A stretch of 57,008 nt of DNA from Verrucomicrobiota bacterium. Lineage in GTDB: Bacteria; Verrucomicrobiota; Verrucomicrobiia; Limisphaerales; CANJXF01. The stretch is taken from the NCBI GenBank assembly GCA_038214755.1, contig JBBQRQ010000023.1:1-57008 (forward strand), read 5' to 3'. The notes beneath the pieces were generated by a model. The model searched no databases and was not told the DNA's origin. It saw only the letters and a program-made list of their open reading frames with translations. The position numbers and the translations under genes are program-made. Below are positions 28,334 to 38,075 of this stretch, one piece after another; the stretch's first letter is position 1, and the number at the start of each line of letters is the position of its first letter.

Positions 28334-29611
28334 ATGACCCACCTCGATTCCTCCCGGCCAACGCGCGCGCGTTATTGGGTCATCGTCTTCGCCATCACGC
28401 TGGCGATCATTCAATACATTGATCGCGTTTGCATTTCGCAGGCCGCGCCTTACATCTCCAAAGACCTCCGCTTGTCGCCGACCCAAATGGGGTATGTTTT
28501 CGCCGCGTTCACTTTGGCCTACGCGCTGTTTGAAATTCCGTGCGGTTATCTCGGCGACCGGATTGGCCCGCGCAAAGTTCTCCTGCGAATCGTCCTCTGG
28601 TGGTCGTTCTTCACCGCAGCAACCGGCTGGGTGAAAAGTTTGCCAGCGCTGATAGCGACGCGATTTCTCTTCGGCGCGGGCGAGGCGGGTTGCTTTCCGA
28701 ATCTCACCAAGGCTTTCAACCGCTGGTTGCCGACGCAAGAGCGGACGCGCGTGCAAGGTCTCATGTGGATGAGCGCGCGTTGGGGCGGCGCATCCACGCC
28801 GTTGCTCGTCTATGTCTGTTTGCAATACATGCACTGGCGCACGGCCTTCCTCGTGTTCAGTTTGCTTGGCGTGGTTTGGGCCGCCATTTTTTACTGGTGG
28901 TATCGCGACAATCCCCGCGAGCACAAAAGCGTCAACGCCGCTGAAGCTGCCCTGCTTCCGGCGGACCGCGATTATTCCACCGACCATCTGCATGTCCCCT
29001 GGAAAAAAATGGTTCGATCGAAAACGGTTTGGTGTTTGTGCGTGCAATATTTTTCCATGAGTTACGCGTGGTATTTTTTCGTGACTTGGTTTCCCACGTA
29101 TTTGCTGAAGGAGCGGGGATTCGATTTGAAACAGAGCGCGCTGCTGGCGGGAACGCCACTGTTGCTCGGTGGTTTTGGTTCGCTGCTCGCCGGCTGGATC
29201 GCGCCTATTTTGAGCCGGCGGTTCGGCGTGGCGCGGGCGCGACGCGGACTGGGCGCCACCGGACTTTTTTTCGGGGCAGTCCTGCTCGTTGTTTCAACTT
29301 TTATAAAAAATCCTTACCTCGCCGTGACCGCCATCGCGCTCGTAAGTTTTTGCAACGACCTCGCCTTGCCGACGGGTTGGACCGCATGCATGGATGTGGG
29401 CGGACGCTACGTCGGCACGCTCTCCGGGACGATGAACATGATGGGCAACCTCGGCGGGTTCGTCTCGCCCATCGTCATCGGTTACATCGTCGAGAAAACG
29501 AACAACTGGTCCCTGACTTTCTACGTGGCGGCGGTCATCTATTTCATCGGCGCAATCTGCTGGCTTGTTTTGGATCCGGTCACGCCGTTGGAGGAGCAGG
29601 TCAAAGATTAA
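28334..29611 (+). CDS. MFS transporter, ACS/sugar-acid type
   Basis: YIDR, GYLGDRIGPRK motif A, RFLFGAGEAG, about 12 TM segments. Confidence 0.9.
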   Translation: MTHLDSSRPTRARYWVIVFAITLAIIQYIDRVCISQAAPYISKDLRLSPTQMGYVFAAFTLAYALFEIPCGYLGDRIGPRKVLLRIVLWWSFFTAATGWVKSLPALIATRFLFGAGEAGCFPNLTKAFNRWLPTQERTRVQGLMWMSARWGGASTPLLVYVCLQYMHWRTAFLVFSLLGVVWAAIFYWWYRDNPREHKSVNAAEAALLPADRDYSTDHLHVPWKKMVRSKTVWCLCVQYFSMSYAWYFFVTWFPTYLLKERGFDLKQSALLAGTPLLLGGFGSLLAGWIAPILSRRFGVARARRGLGATGLFFGAVLLVVSTFIKNPYLAVTAIALVSFCNDLALPTGWTACMDVGGRYVGTLSGTMNMMGNLGGFVSPIVIGYIVEKTNNWSLTFYVAAVIYFIGAICWLVLDPVTPLEEQVKD

Positions 29612-29703
29612 ATCACTGCCGAACAGAATTGTAGCGGCGCGGAATAATTTACTTTCCCTCCAAATGGCGCTCGCTACTTTAACCCGCGTCAGCATCCACA
29701 AAT

Positions 29704-30702
29704 ATGAAACCCATTTTCCTTTTTCTCGTGGCCACACTTCTTGTCACTTCACAAAATTTCGCAGCGGAAATTCGCATCGGAATCATCGGTCTGGACACGT
29801 CGCATTGCACGGAGTTCACGCGACGATTCAACGATCCAAATGATAAAAATTTTGTGCCTGGCGGAAAAGTTGTCGCCGCGTTTAAAGGCGGCAGTCCCGA
29901 CATCAAGGAAAGCTGGACGCGCGTCGAAGGTTACACCAAACAATTGCAGGAAAAATTCGGGGTCAAGATTGTTGATTCCATCGAAGAACTTTGCGCGCAA
30001 GTCGATGTCGTGATGCTGGAAAGCCTCGATGGCCGGCCGCATTTGCAGCAGGCGATTCCGGTTTTCAAAGCGAAGAAGCCGATCTTTATCGACAAGCCCG
30101 TCGCTGGAACTTTGGCCGACGCGATTCAAATTTTTCGCCTGGCCAAAGAAAATAATGTGCCGTGCTTTTCGTCATCGTCGCTGCGGTATTACCCGACGAT
30201 TGATGAATTGAAAAAATCCGAGTTCGGTGAATTGAAAGGCGCGATCTCGGTCGGCCCCGCGCACAAGGAATCGCATCATCCCGATTTGTTTTGGTATGGA
30301 ATTCATCCGACCGAAGCGCTTTTCACGATGATGGGAAAAGGTTGCGAAAGCGTGTCGCGCACCTCAACCGCCGACACCGACGTCGTCACCGGAATCTGGA
30401 GCGGCGGAAAAGTGGGAACATTGCGCGGACTTCGCAACGCGGCTGAACCGTATCGCTTGACGGTTTTCGGCAGCAAAGCAGTTTTGGATAAAAAATTGGA
30501 AGGCGATTACACGCCGTTTTTGCGTGAGGTGATGAAATTTTTCCAGACGGGCATTGCGCCAGTTTCCCCCGAGGAGACGCTCGAGATTTATGCGTTCATG
30601 GAAGCAGCGGATGAAAGCAAACGGGTAGGTGGTTGTCCGGTGAAAATTGCGGACGTGATGAAAAAAGCGGAGGCGGAGATTAAATCTGATGTTGTGAAAT
30701 GA
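29704..30702 (+). CDS. Secreted Gfo/Idh/MocA-like oxidoreductase
   Basis: Signal peptide, IGIIGLDTSH, FIDKP, WYGIH. Confidence 0.85.
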   Translation: MKPIFLFLVATLLVTSQNFAAEIRIGIIGLDTSHCTEFTRRFNDPNDKNFVPGGKVVAAFKGGSPDIKESWTRVEGYTKQLQEKFGVKIVDSIEELCAQVDVVMLESLDGRPHLQQAIPVFKAKKPIFIDKPVAGTLADAIQIFRLAKENNVPCFSSSSLRYYPTIDELKKSEFGELKGAISVGPAHKESHHPDLFWYGIHPTEALFTMMGKGCESVSRTSTADTDVVTGIWSGGKVGTLRGLRNAAEPYRLTVFGSKAVLDKKLEGDYTPFLREVMKFFQTGIAPVSPEETLEIYAFMEAADESKRVGGCPVKIADVMKKAEAEIKSDVVK

Positions 30703-30705
30703 AAC

Positions 30706-31027
30706 GCTCGCCCTCACCCCGGCCCTCTCCCCCGAGGAGAGGGAGAATCGTTCGCCGCGTTCTGGAATTGCGGACGTGCAGGGTTGTCCGGCGGTTTTTT
30801 TTCCAATAACGCAAAGGCGGGAATGACACGAAGCGGATCAAAAATTTCGAGCGCGGCGAATAGCTGTTCCCTCTCCATGAACCCGTTTGTAGCCGCCGAC
30901 GTGAGGAGGCGGAAACTCGCGTGCCTGGCCCAAGTCCGCCTCCTCACGTCGGCGGCTAGGGTTCCGGGGTTCAATGCGCGAAAAAATTTTCGGGGAAATC
31001 TCTTTTGGGAGAGAGGGTGAGGGCGGG
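30706..31027. repeat. CCCTCACCCC-family element with nested insert and inner GTAG hairpin
   Basis: Left arm 30706-30746. Right arm split by an insert at about 30875-30999 that contains a perfect 24-bp IR (30890-30913 / 30935-30958). Confidence 0.75.
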
Positions 31028-31043
31028 TTTCCTCAAACTGAAC

Positions 31044-31718
31044 ATGCCACTTCTCGAAATTTCAGAGTTAAAAAAAACTTTTCGCGCCCCAGATGGTTCG
31101 GTTCAGACGGTCATTGACATTCCGAAATTTTCGCTCGGAGAACAATTCCAAATTGCCTTGCGGGGGGAAAGCGGCTCTGGAAAAACCACCCTGCTCAATT
31201 TAATCGCGGGAATTTTGAAACTGGACTCCGGCGAGATTTCCATCGCAGGCACAAAGATTTCCACTCTGGAGGAACCAGAACGCGACCGCCTTCGCGCGGA
31301 ATCCATCGGCTACATTTTTCAAACGTTCAATCTCCTGCAAGGCTACACCGCGCTGGAAAATGTTTTGCTGGGAATGTCGTTTGGTCCCGGAGTCGATCGC
31401 GGATTCGCGCTCGCTTTGCTGAAACGCGTCGGTCTCTCTGAAAAACTAAAACATTATCCGCGTCAACTTTCGACCGGCCAACAGCAGCGGGTCGCCGTCG
31501 CGCGCGCCCTCGCCAATCGCCCGAAATTGGTTTTGGCCGACGAGCCAACGGGAAATCTCGATCACCAAAATTCGCGCGACGCCTTGAAACTGATTCGCGA
31601 AACGTGCCACGAAAATGGCGCGGCGCTTTTGCTCGTCAGCCACGACCGCGAAGTGCTCGCGCAATTTGAAACCGTTTTCGATCTGGAAAAAATAAATCGC
31701 GCGGCAATTCCGGCCTGA
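31044..31718 (+). CDS. ABC transporter ATP-binding protein (LolD/MacB-like)
   Basis: [31 protein letters not shown]. Start at ATG 31044. Confidence 0.93.
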   Translation: MPLLEISELKKTFRAPDGSVQTVIDIPKFSLGEQFQIALRGESGSGKTTLLNLIAGILKLDSGEISIAGTKISTLEEPERDRLRAESIGYIFQTFNLLQGYTALENVLLGMSFGPGVDRGFALALLKRVGLSEKLKHYPRQLSTGQQQRVAVARALANRPKLVLADEPTGNLDHQNSRDALKLIRETCHENGAALLLVSHDREVLAQFETVFDLEKINRAAIPA

Positions 31719-31787
31719 AGCTGGAGTGCCGGTTTCGGTTTACCCGCGCTCGCCGTCGAGCTTGAAAGGCATATCATTTCGCGCTAC

Positions 31788-32090
31788 ATGTTCTCCATGC
31801 CGTCGATCCAGCCGATGCCCATTCGATTGGAAAAAGACTTGCTTGTCATGCTCAACGAGGGGGCGCGAATCACTCCGCACAAAAAACAGGAGTTGATTCG
31901 GATTACGCTCCGACAGTACTTACCAGCCGTGATTCACGCGGAAGCGCTCAGCAAACCAGTCGCCCGCGTCACCAATGTCCGGCCTTGGCCCAAAGGCGCA
32001 TTGGCCAAAGCTTACAAGAAGATCGAGCGCGAAAATTGGGACGAGATCGAAGCTGCCATCAAACCTTTGCCGCCGCGCGCGGATGACTGA
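31788..32090 (+). CDS. Putative RHH-type antitoxin
   Basis: PIRLEKDLL...KQELIR RHH-like pattern, stop coupled to the toxin ATG. Start uncertain. Confidence 0.6.
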   Translation: MFSMPSIQPMPIRLEKDLLVMLNEGARITPHKKQELIRITLRQYLPAVIHAEALSKPVARVTNVRPWPKGALAKAYKKIERENWDEIEAAIKPLPPRADD

Positions 32091-32416
32091 TGAAGACTTT
32101 TGACATTTACACATTCAATTTTCCGGGCGCCGGCATTCATCCCGCTGTAATTCTCGGCGAGCAAGATCGACTCTCCAACAAACCCAAGGTCAATGTTTTG
32201 CTTTGCTCCACCCAGTGGGCCACTCGACGCGCCGAGCTGCACGAGATTATTTTGGACGAATCGGACGGGCTTGATTGGCCAACGATTTGCAAATGCGATC
32301 TGCTCTACACTGCCGAAAAAAAGGACGTGCAAATAAAGCGCGGCTCTGTCACCGACCAGCGCCGCCGCGTGATCGCTTCAAAAATCATCCGCGCTCTAGG
32401 CATCGCCGGACTTTAA
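32090..32416 (+). CDS. MazF/PemK-family toxin
   Basis: DIY...HPAVILG...VNVLLCST...DGLDWPTICKCD...GSV. Confidence 0.8.
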   Translation: MKTFDIYTFNFPGAGIHPAVILGEQDRLSNKPKVNVLLCSTQWATRRAELHEIILDESDGLDWPTICKCDLLYTAEKKDVQIKRGSVTDQRRRVIASKIIRALGIAGL

Positions 32417-32534
32417 CCGCGTGTCTCCGCGCCCCGATTTGAGCTTTAGGTTCAGTTCAAGCTGGTCTGTTCCTCGCGCACTGTGAAGCTTGAAGCCCTA
32501 CGCAACTGAGAATTCCCAACTCGAAATTTTCCGC

Positions 32535-33740
32535 ATGAGCACTCTAAGAATTGTTTTCAAAAGCCTGCGCCAACATTTGCTCTCGACGCTCATCACCGCA
32601 TTTTCCATCGCGCTGGCCGGCGGTTTGTTGATTTCAGTTTGGGTCGTGAAATCCCAGGCGCAAAAAACTTTCACGCAAATCAACGGTGGTTTCGATGCGG
32701 TGCTCGGCGCGCGCAGTTCGCAGCTTCAACTCGTGCTCAATTCCATTTTTCACCTCGAAGCCTCGCCCGGAAATATCGAGTGGCCGGATTTTCTCGAAAT
32801 CAAAAACGATCCGAATGTCGCGCTCGCGATCCCCATTTCCGTCGGCGACAATTATCGCGGCTATCGTCTTGTCGGAACCACGCCGGAGATGTTTTCGCAA
32901 AACGAATACGCGCCCGGAAAAAAATATCAAATCGATGGTGACGGAAATTTTTTTCTCCCCGGTTATCAGGAAGCAGTCGTTGGAAGTTTCGCCGCGCAAC
33001 AATTGCATCTGAAACCAGGCGACGAATTTCATCCGTATCACGGTTTGACCTTCAACGAAAAAGAACAGCACGCCGAGACTTACACCGTCGTCGGAATTTT
33101 AAAACCGTCCAACACGCCCGCTGATCGCGTGATCTGGATTCCGCTCGAAGGATTGCAAAACATGCAGGGCCACACTGAAAAAACTTCGACGGAAGTGAGC
33201 GCGGCGCTGGTGAAACTCAAAAGCCCGATCGCCGGAAAACTTTTGCAGATGAAATATAATCAGCAGGGAAATCGGCTGACGCTCGCCTGGCCCATCGGCG
33301 CAATCATGGCGCAACTGCTCGACAAAGTAAGCTGGTTCGACCGGGTGCTCGCGCTCGTCGCGTATCTCGTCGCCCTCGTGGCGGCGGCTTCGATTCTCGC
33401 GAGCATTTACAATTCGATGAATGAGCGGCGGCGCGAAATTGCGATCTTGCGCGCTCTCGGTGCGAGACGACGGACGATTTTTTTCTCCGTTGTCCTGGAA
33501 GCAATGGCCATTTCCGCTCTGGGAATGTGCGCGGCGTTTGCGATTTATTTTCTTGTGATGAGCGTCGTGGCGAAAATTATTCGCGCGCAAACCGGAGTTG
33601 TGCTCGACCCATTTACGTATCACCACGTGATGATTTTTGCGCCGCTTGGAATTATTGGATTGAGCGCGCTGGCTGGAATTGTGCCCGCGTTCAAAGCCTA
33701 TCGGACCGATGTCGCGGCGAATCTCGTCCCGAATTCGTAA
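32535..33740 (+). CDS. ABC transporter permease (FtsX/MacB family)
   Basis: N-terminal TM, large periplasmic loop, NERRREIAILRALGA, three C-terminal TMs. Start at ATG 32535. Confidence 0.9.
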   Translation: MSTLRIVFKSLRQHLLSTLITAFSIALAGGLLISVWVVKSQAQKTFTQINGGFDAVLGARSSQLQLVLNSIFHLEASPGNIEWPDFLEIKNDPNVALAIPISVGDNYRGYRLVGTTPEMFSQNEYAPGKKYQIDGDGNFFLPGYQEAVVGSFAAQQLHLKPGDEFHPYHGLTFNEKEQHAETYTVVGILKPSNTPADRVIWIPLEGLQNMQGHTEKTSTEVSAALVKLKSPIAGKLLQMKYNQQGNRLTLAWPIGAIMAQLLDKVSWFDRVLALVAYLVALVAAASILASIYNSMNERRREIAILRALGARRRTIFFSVVLEAMAISALGMCAAFAIYFLVMSVVAKIIRAQTGVVLDPFTYHHVMIFAPLGIIGLSALAGIVPAFKAYRTDVAANLVPNS

Positions 33741-33757
33741 ATTCGTAGCGTAGGATT

Positions 33758-33894
33758 CGTAGCGCAGGATTGCATCCTGCCGTATCGCAGGTTTTCAACC
33801 TGCGTGATGTGGCGAGAATGAGAGGGTTTTCCGTGTTGCCGACGTTCAGCCGGTTTCAAACCGGCTATACAGCAGGATGCAATCCTGCGCTACG
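33758..33894. repeat. GTAG-type REP-like doublet
   Basis: Perfect 23-bp IR cgtagcgcaggattgcatcctgc (33758-33780 / 33872-33894). Confidence 0.85.
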
Positions 33895-33949
33895 GTCGGT
33901 ATATCCCTTTCTACTGGATTCTCACTCCTGACTTCTGAATTCTTCCCCC

Positions 33950-35026
33950 GTGCAATTGGCTCATCTGCGCCTTCGCGACTTCCGCAATTACGCGCGGCTC
34001 GATGTCGATTTTGCGCCTGGCTTTCACCTTCTGCTCGGCGACAACGCGCAGGGCAAAACGAATATTCTCGAAGCAATTTATTTGCTCGCGACGCTGCGGT
34101 CTTTTCGCGGAGTCGGCGGCGCGCAAATGGTGCAGCATGGCAAGAAAGGATATTTCGTCGGCGCAAAAGTCGTCGCGCAAGGCGCGCACGAGATAAAGAT
34201 TTATTGGTCGAGCGCGGAACGAAAATTAAGTCTCGATGCGCAACCGGTTCGCAAGCTGGTCGATTATTTCGGAACGCTTCGCGCCGTGGTTTTTTGCACG
34301 GAAGATTTGCAACTCATCAAAGGCGCGGCGCGTTCGCGTCGGCGTTTTCTCGATTTGCTTTTGGCGCAAACGCATCCGGTTTATTTGCCCTTGCTGCAAC
34401 GGTACGCGACGGCGCTGCGTTCCCGCAACGCGCTCCTGAAACAACGCAGCCTAGACGAAGCCGCGCTGGAAAGTTTCACGCGCGAACTGGTGCAAATCGG
34501 AAATCAACTCATAAAATTTCGTCAGGAACTTCTGCCCAAAATTTCTCCGCTCGCCCGTCTCGCCTATCGCCGCATTTCCAGCGACGCCGAGGAGTTGCGT
34601 CTCGTTTATCAACCGGCGGTGAAAAAAGATTTCGCCGTGGAACTCGCGCAGTCCCGTGCCCGCGAAAAAACTTTTCGCTCGACGCTGATCGGCCCGCATC
34701 GCGACGAATTGCAATTGCTGCTCGACGAAAAACCGGCGGTGAAATTTGCCAGCGAAGGACAAAAACGCTCGCTCGCCATCGCGCTGAAAATGGCGCAGGC
34801 CGAATATCTTTCCGGCATCCACGGCTCCCCGCCGATTCTGCTCATCGACGACGTGATGGGCGAACTGGACGCCAAGCGTCGCGCCGGATTTTTGCCGTTG
34901 CTCACCCGCGCGCAACAAGCTCGCAGCCAGGTTTTCATGACCTGCACGGAAGAGAATTGGCCGCGCGAACTTGGAAAAAATTTACAGCGCTGGGAAGTCA
35001 AAGGCGGAGCATTGCGCAAAATTTAA
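33950..35026 (+). CDS. recF: DNA replication/repair protein RecF
   Basis: FRNY, GDNAQGKTN, GPHRDE, SEGQKR, LLIDDVMGELD. Confidence 0.97.
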   Translation: MQLAHLRLRDFRNYARLDVDFAPGFHLLLGDNAQGKTNILEAIYLLATLRSFRGVGGAQMVQHGKKGYFVGAKVVAQGAHEIKIYWSSAERKLSLDAQPVRKLVDYFGTLRAVVFCTEDLQLIKGAARSRRRFLDLLLAQTHPVYLPLLQRYATALRSRNALLKQRSLDEAALESFTRELVQIGNQLIKFRQELLPKISPLARLAYRRISSDAEELRLVYQPAVKKDFAVELAQSRAREKTFRSTLIGPHRDELQLLLDEKPAVKFASEGQKRSLAIALKMAQAEYLSGIHGSPPILLIDDVMGELDAKRRAGFLPLLTRAQQARSQVFMTCTEENWPRELGKNLQRWEVKGGALRKI

Positions 35027-35133
35027 AAGTCCTTTTACAATGGAGTAACCCACAGCGCCTGGTCATTGCGAAGGTGTGTCAAAGACACGAACGTGAACTT
35101 GAAAAGCATGTTGAGAGCAAGCATTCTAATGCC

Positions 35134-35370
35134 ATGAAAACAAACCTTCGCCTCAAACTGACGGCCGTTTTTGAAGCTGCTCCCGAAGGCGGCTACACTT
35201 GTTATTTTGAGGAATTTCCCGACGTGTTTTCCGAAGGTGAAACCATCGAAACAGCCAGGGCGAATCTCCACGATGCGTTGCAACTCGTCCTCGAATATCA
35301 TCGGGACGAGGCGCGGAAAAAAGAAAGCCCCTCCGTCGTGCGTCAGGAAATGGAACTGACAGACGCTTGA
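35134..35370 (+). CDS. hicB: HicB-family antitoxin
   Basis: EGGYTCYFEEFPDVFSEGETIETARANL. ATG at 35134. Confidence 0.87.
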   Translation: MKTNLRLKLTAVFEAAPEGGYTCYFEEFPDVFSEGETIETARANLHDALQLVLEYHRDEARKKESPSVVRQEMELTDA

Positions 35371-35552
35371 AACTTCGGGATCTCGAACGCCACTTGACCA
35401 AACACGGTTGTCATTTCGCACGCGAAGGCGGCAATCACACATTGTGGAAAAATGCACGGACGGGAAAAGTCGCTCCCGTTCCACGTCATCGCGAAATCAA
35501 AGAGGGCACTGTGCGAGCAATCTGCAAGCAACTGGATATTCCCAAGCCGTGA
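35367..35552 (+). CDS. hicA: HicA-family toxin
   Basis: REGGNHTLW...VPRHREI...ICKQL. Confidence 0.9.
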   Translation: MKLRDLERHLTKHGCHFAREGGNHTLWKNARTGKVAPVPRHREIKEGTVRAICKQLDIPKP

Positions 35553-35556
35553 AACG

Positions 35557-35610
35557 CGCAGCCAGGTCTTCATGACTTGCACCCACGAAAATGGGCCACG
35601 TGAATTGGGG
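35557..35610 (+). pseudogene. Orphan copy of the recF 3' region
   Basis: RSQVFMTCTHENGPRELG versus RecF RSQVFMTCTEENWPRELG (34922-34975); 42/54 nt identical. Confidence 0.9.
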
Positions 35611-35631
35611 CGGGAGTTTGCGGAAGATTTT

Positions 35632-35874
35632 TTACGCTGAGAGGTCGTTAATAATTTTGCGCGACTCTGCATCGAAATTAGCGAGGTTCTGGTACGTATA
35701 AACAGCCACCATGATTTCCCGTTTGCCATCAAGATCCGGAACATGATGGTGATGCTTCTCCGGATTCTTGGCTAAATCGCGAGCGGACTGGCCCAATTCG
35801 TCTGCCTCTTCAGGAGTCAGAAAAATGAAGATATTATGAAGGGATTTCTTCGATTCCGGGTCGTAAATTCGCAT
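35632..35874 (-). CDS. Small hypothetical protein
   Basis: 80-aa ATG ORF just downstream of the prepilin-type gene, with an HHHH motif. Confidence 0.6.
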   Translation of the reverse strand: MRIYDPESKKSLHNIFIFLTPEEADELGQSARDLAKNPEKHHHHVPDLDGKREIMVAVYTYQNLANFDAESRKIINDLSA

Positions 35875-35902
35875 AAGATTTCAAACCGCGTGGGAACAGA
35901 AT

Positions 35903-36646
35903 TTACTGCATCTTCTCCTGCACATCTTCCTTCGTCGTCGCGACATGCCAGTCGAAGAAGATTTGGTTGCGAACTTTTTTGTGCGCGCGTTCTTTCGGCA
36001 GAAATGGATAATACGCGGCGAGGCTCACCGCGTTCAATTGATCCGCATCGACAATTGCCCATGAACTCGATGGGTTGCGAATGTCGCTGACGCGTTTGGG
36101 CAATTCATCCAAACCAGAAGCGCCGCGATTGGGAAGACTTCCATACGGATAACCGAACGGCCGCGAAATAATGTCGTTGGTTCTGTTTTGCACTTCCACG
36201 CTCACGATGTAACTCAGCGGCTGCTGCAACGCCTTCGCTGGTGTGAAGAACGAAGCTGATGTCCAAGCCTGTTCCGCCGCCGGACATTTGGCGACTGCGA
36301 GCCGACGCACTTCTGGAGTCGGCTTGGGCAAGCCCAAATAAGACGCGAGATAAAATGGCATTCGGATTCGCGCATCCGAAGTACCGTCATCAAAGTAGGT
36401 GTCGTAAAAACCTTGCCAGACGGGACCGGGCAAACGGTCTTCGTGATCGCTGGCATACATTTCAATCGCCGCCCCGAGTTGCTTCAAATTGCTGACGCAC
36501 TTGATGCGATACGCGCTCTGTTTCGCTCGCGACAGACTTGGCAGCAACAGCGACGCGAGAATGGCGATGATCGCAATCACGACGAGCAATTCGATCAAGG
36601 TGAAGCCTTGATCATTTCGATTGAATGGAAATTTTTTCCTAAACAT
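35903..36646 (-). CDS. Prepilin-type N-terminal cleavage/methylation domain protein
   Basis: [33 protein letters not shown]-terminal H-X9-DW-H variant of the H-X9-DG motif. Confidence 0.9.
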   Translation of the reverse strand: MFRKKFPFNRNDQGFTLIELLVVIAIIAILASLLLPSLSRAKQSAYRIKCVSNLKQLGAAIEMYASDHEDRLPGPVWQGFYDTYFDDGTSDARIRMPFYLASYLGLPKPTPEVRRLAVAKCPAAEQAWTSASFFTPAKALQQPLSYIVSVEVQNRTNDIISRPFGYPYGSLPNRGASGLDELPKRVSDIRNPSSSWAIVDADQLNAVSLAAYYPFLPKERAHKKVRNQIFFDWHVATTKEDVQEKMQ

Positions 36647-36808
36647 GCCGTCCATCAAACACCTCAATTCCCGAAAAGATTTTCAAACATATTTTTTCCA
36701 TTTCGGCAAGCCTGCTGAACCCAAGTTTTAGCTCGAAGGATTTGGCGCGCAACGTGAAGATCGCGACTCAATCCTTTACCCCAAAAGTTTTTTTCGTAAC
36801 ATGCCGTT

Positions 36809-37924
36809 GTGATTCCGCTCGAATCCACCAAGTTGTTCAGCAAGCTCGTTCCGCCGGAAATTGAGATCGTTCGCCAGGCCACGCGCGAAATTACTTTTGC
36901 TCCGAACAAAGAAATTTTTAAAGAAGGCGATCCGGGCGACGGCCTTTACCTCGTGAAAAGTGGTTTGGTGCAAATCTCCGCCGTATTGAATCAGGGAGAG
37001 CGCGTGGTGCTGGCGCGACTTGGCCCCGGGGAAATGTTCGGAGAAATGGCGGTGCTCGATTCCAACCCGCGCTCGGCCACGGCTCTGGCTGAACAAGCGA
37101 CAGAAGTTTTTTTCATTTCGCGCGAGGGGCTGCTGCAATTGCTCGAAAACATTCCGCGCCTCTCCGCCTTTTTTGTGCGGGAACTTAGCCAGCGGTTGCG
37201 CGATTTCAACGGGCAATACATTCGCGAAGTTTTGCAGGCGGAGCGGCTCGCGCTCATCGGCCGTTTCGCCAGTTCCATTGTTCACGACTTTAAAAATCCA
37301 CTGAACATCATCGGCCTTTCGGCGGAAGCGGCGGGCGGCGAAACCGCCACGCTGGCCGAGCGCGTGAAATCTAAAAAACGCATCGACAAACAAGTCGAGC
37401 GCATCAGCAACATGACCAATGAACTTCTGGAATTTGCCCGCGGTTCGCCGGCCGCCATGAACCTTTCCTCGGTCAACTTTGCTTCCTTCATCGAAAATTT
37501 ATTGGAAGAAATTTTGCCGGAGGCCGAGTTAAATTCCGTGACCGTCGAAATTCCAGACCCGCCTCCAGCCGTCGCCGTCCGGATGAACCCTGCGCGTTTG
37601 TTTCGCGTTTTTCACAATCTGATTCGCAATTCATTCGATGCGATGAGCGGGCCGGGCAAAATTATTTTGCGATTCGCGCAAAAGCAGAACGAGATTGTCA
37701 CTGAAATTGAAGACAGCGGGCCGGGTGTCGCGCCGGAGATGGCCGACAAGCTCTTCCAACCGTTCAGCACCTATGGGAAATCGAATGGGACGGGTCTCGG
37801 CTTGAGCATCTGCAAAAAAATTGTGGAAGATCATGGAGGGAAAATCTACGCGCACGACCAGCCCGGTCACGGCGCAATTTTTGGATTCACATTGCCAATC
37901 GAAAGTCCTGATGAACACGGATGA
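36809..37924 (+). CDS. Cyclic-nucleotide-binding domain sensor histidine kinase
   Basis: IFKEGDPG...FGEMA...RSAT, HDFKNPL, DSGPG, GTGLGL. Confidence 0.92.
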   Translation: MIPLESTKLFSKLVPPEIEIVRQATREITFAPNKEIFKEGDPGDGLYLVKSGLVQISAVLNQGERVVLARLGPGEMFGEMAVLDSNPRSATALAEQATEVFFISREGLLQLLENIPRLSAFFVRELSQRLRDFNGQYIREVLQAERLALIGRFASSIVHDFKNPLNIIGLSAEAAGGETATLAERVKSKKRIDKQVERISNMTNELLEFARGSPAAMNLSSVNFASFIENLLEEILPEAELNSVTVEIPDPPPAVAVRMNPARLFRVFHNLIRNSFDAMSGPGKIILRFAQKQNEIVTEIEDSGPGVAPEMADKLFQPFSTYGKSNGTGLGLSICKKIVEDHGGKIYAHDQPGHGAIFGFTLPIESPDEHG

Positions 37925-38062
37925 ACACAGCGCGGCGAAGCCGCCATCACACCGGAGCGCCGGTATGCAACCGGCTTTGCGTCAATGCTTCGAGGCCAAG
38001 CCGGTTGCAAACCGGCGCTCCGTCTTTTGGACTCCGCGTTTATCCGTGTCCATTCTTGGTTA
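37910..38062. repeat. 10-mer tandem array pair enclosing a GGAG hairpin
   Basis: gatgaacacggatgaacac ... tccgcgtttatccgtgtccat around cggagcgccgg...ccggcgctccg. Confidence 0.65.
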
Positions 38063-38075
38063 AATTTGATTTCGC

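Noticed and set aside
32460..32495. Possible orphan ABC-ATPase tail after the MazF pair (LAHCE versus LAQFE)
   Set aside because: About 15/21 nt, with non-synonymous changes; too weak.
33877..35370. 497-aa ORF overlapping recF
   Set aside because: Shadow frame; only the last 78 aa (HicB from ATG 35134) look like a real protein.
35632..35874. Immunity-protein assignment for the 80-aa His-rich ORF
   Set aside because: The resemblance is only impressionistic and there is no adjacent polymorphic toxin.
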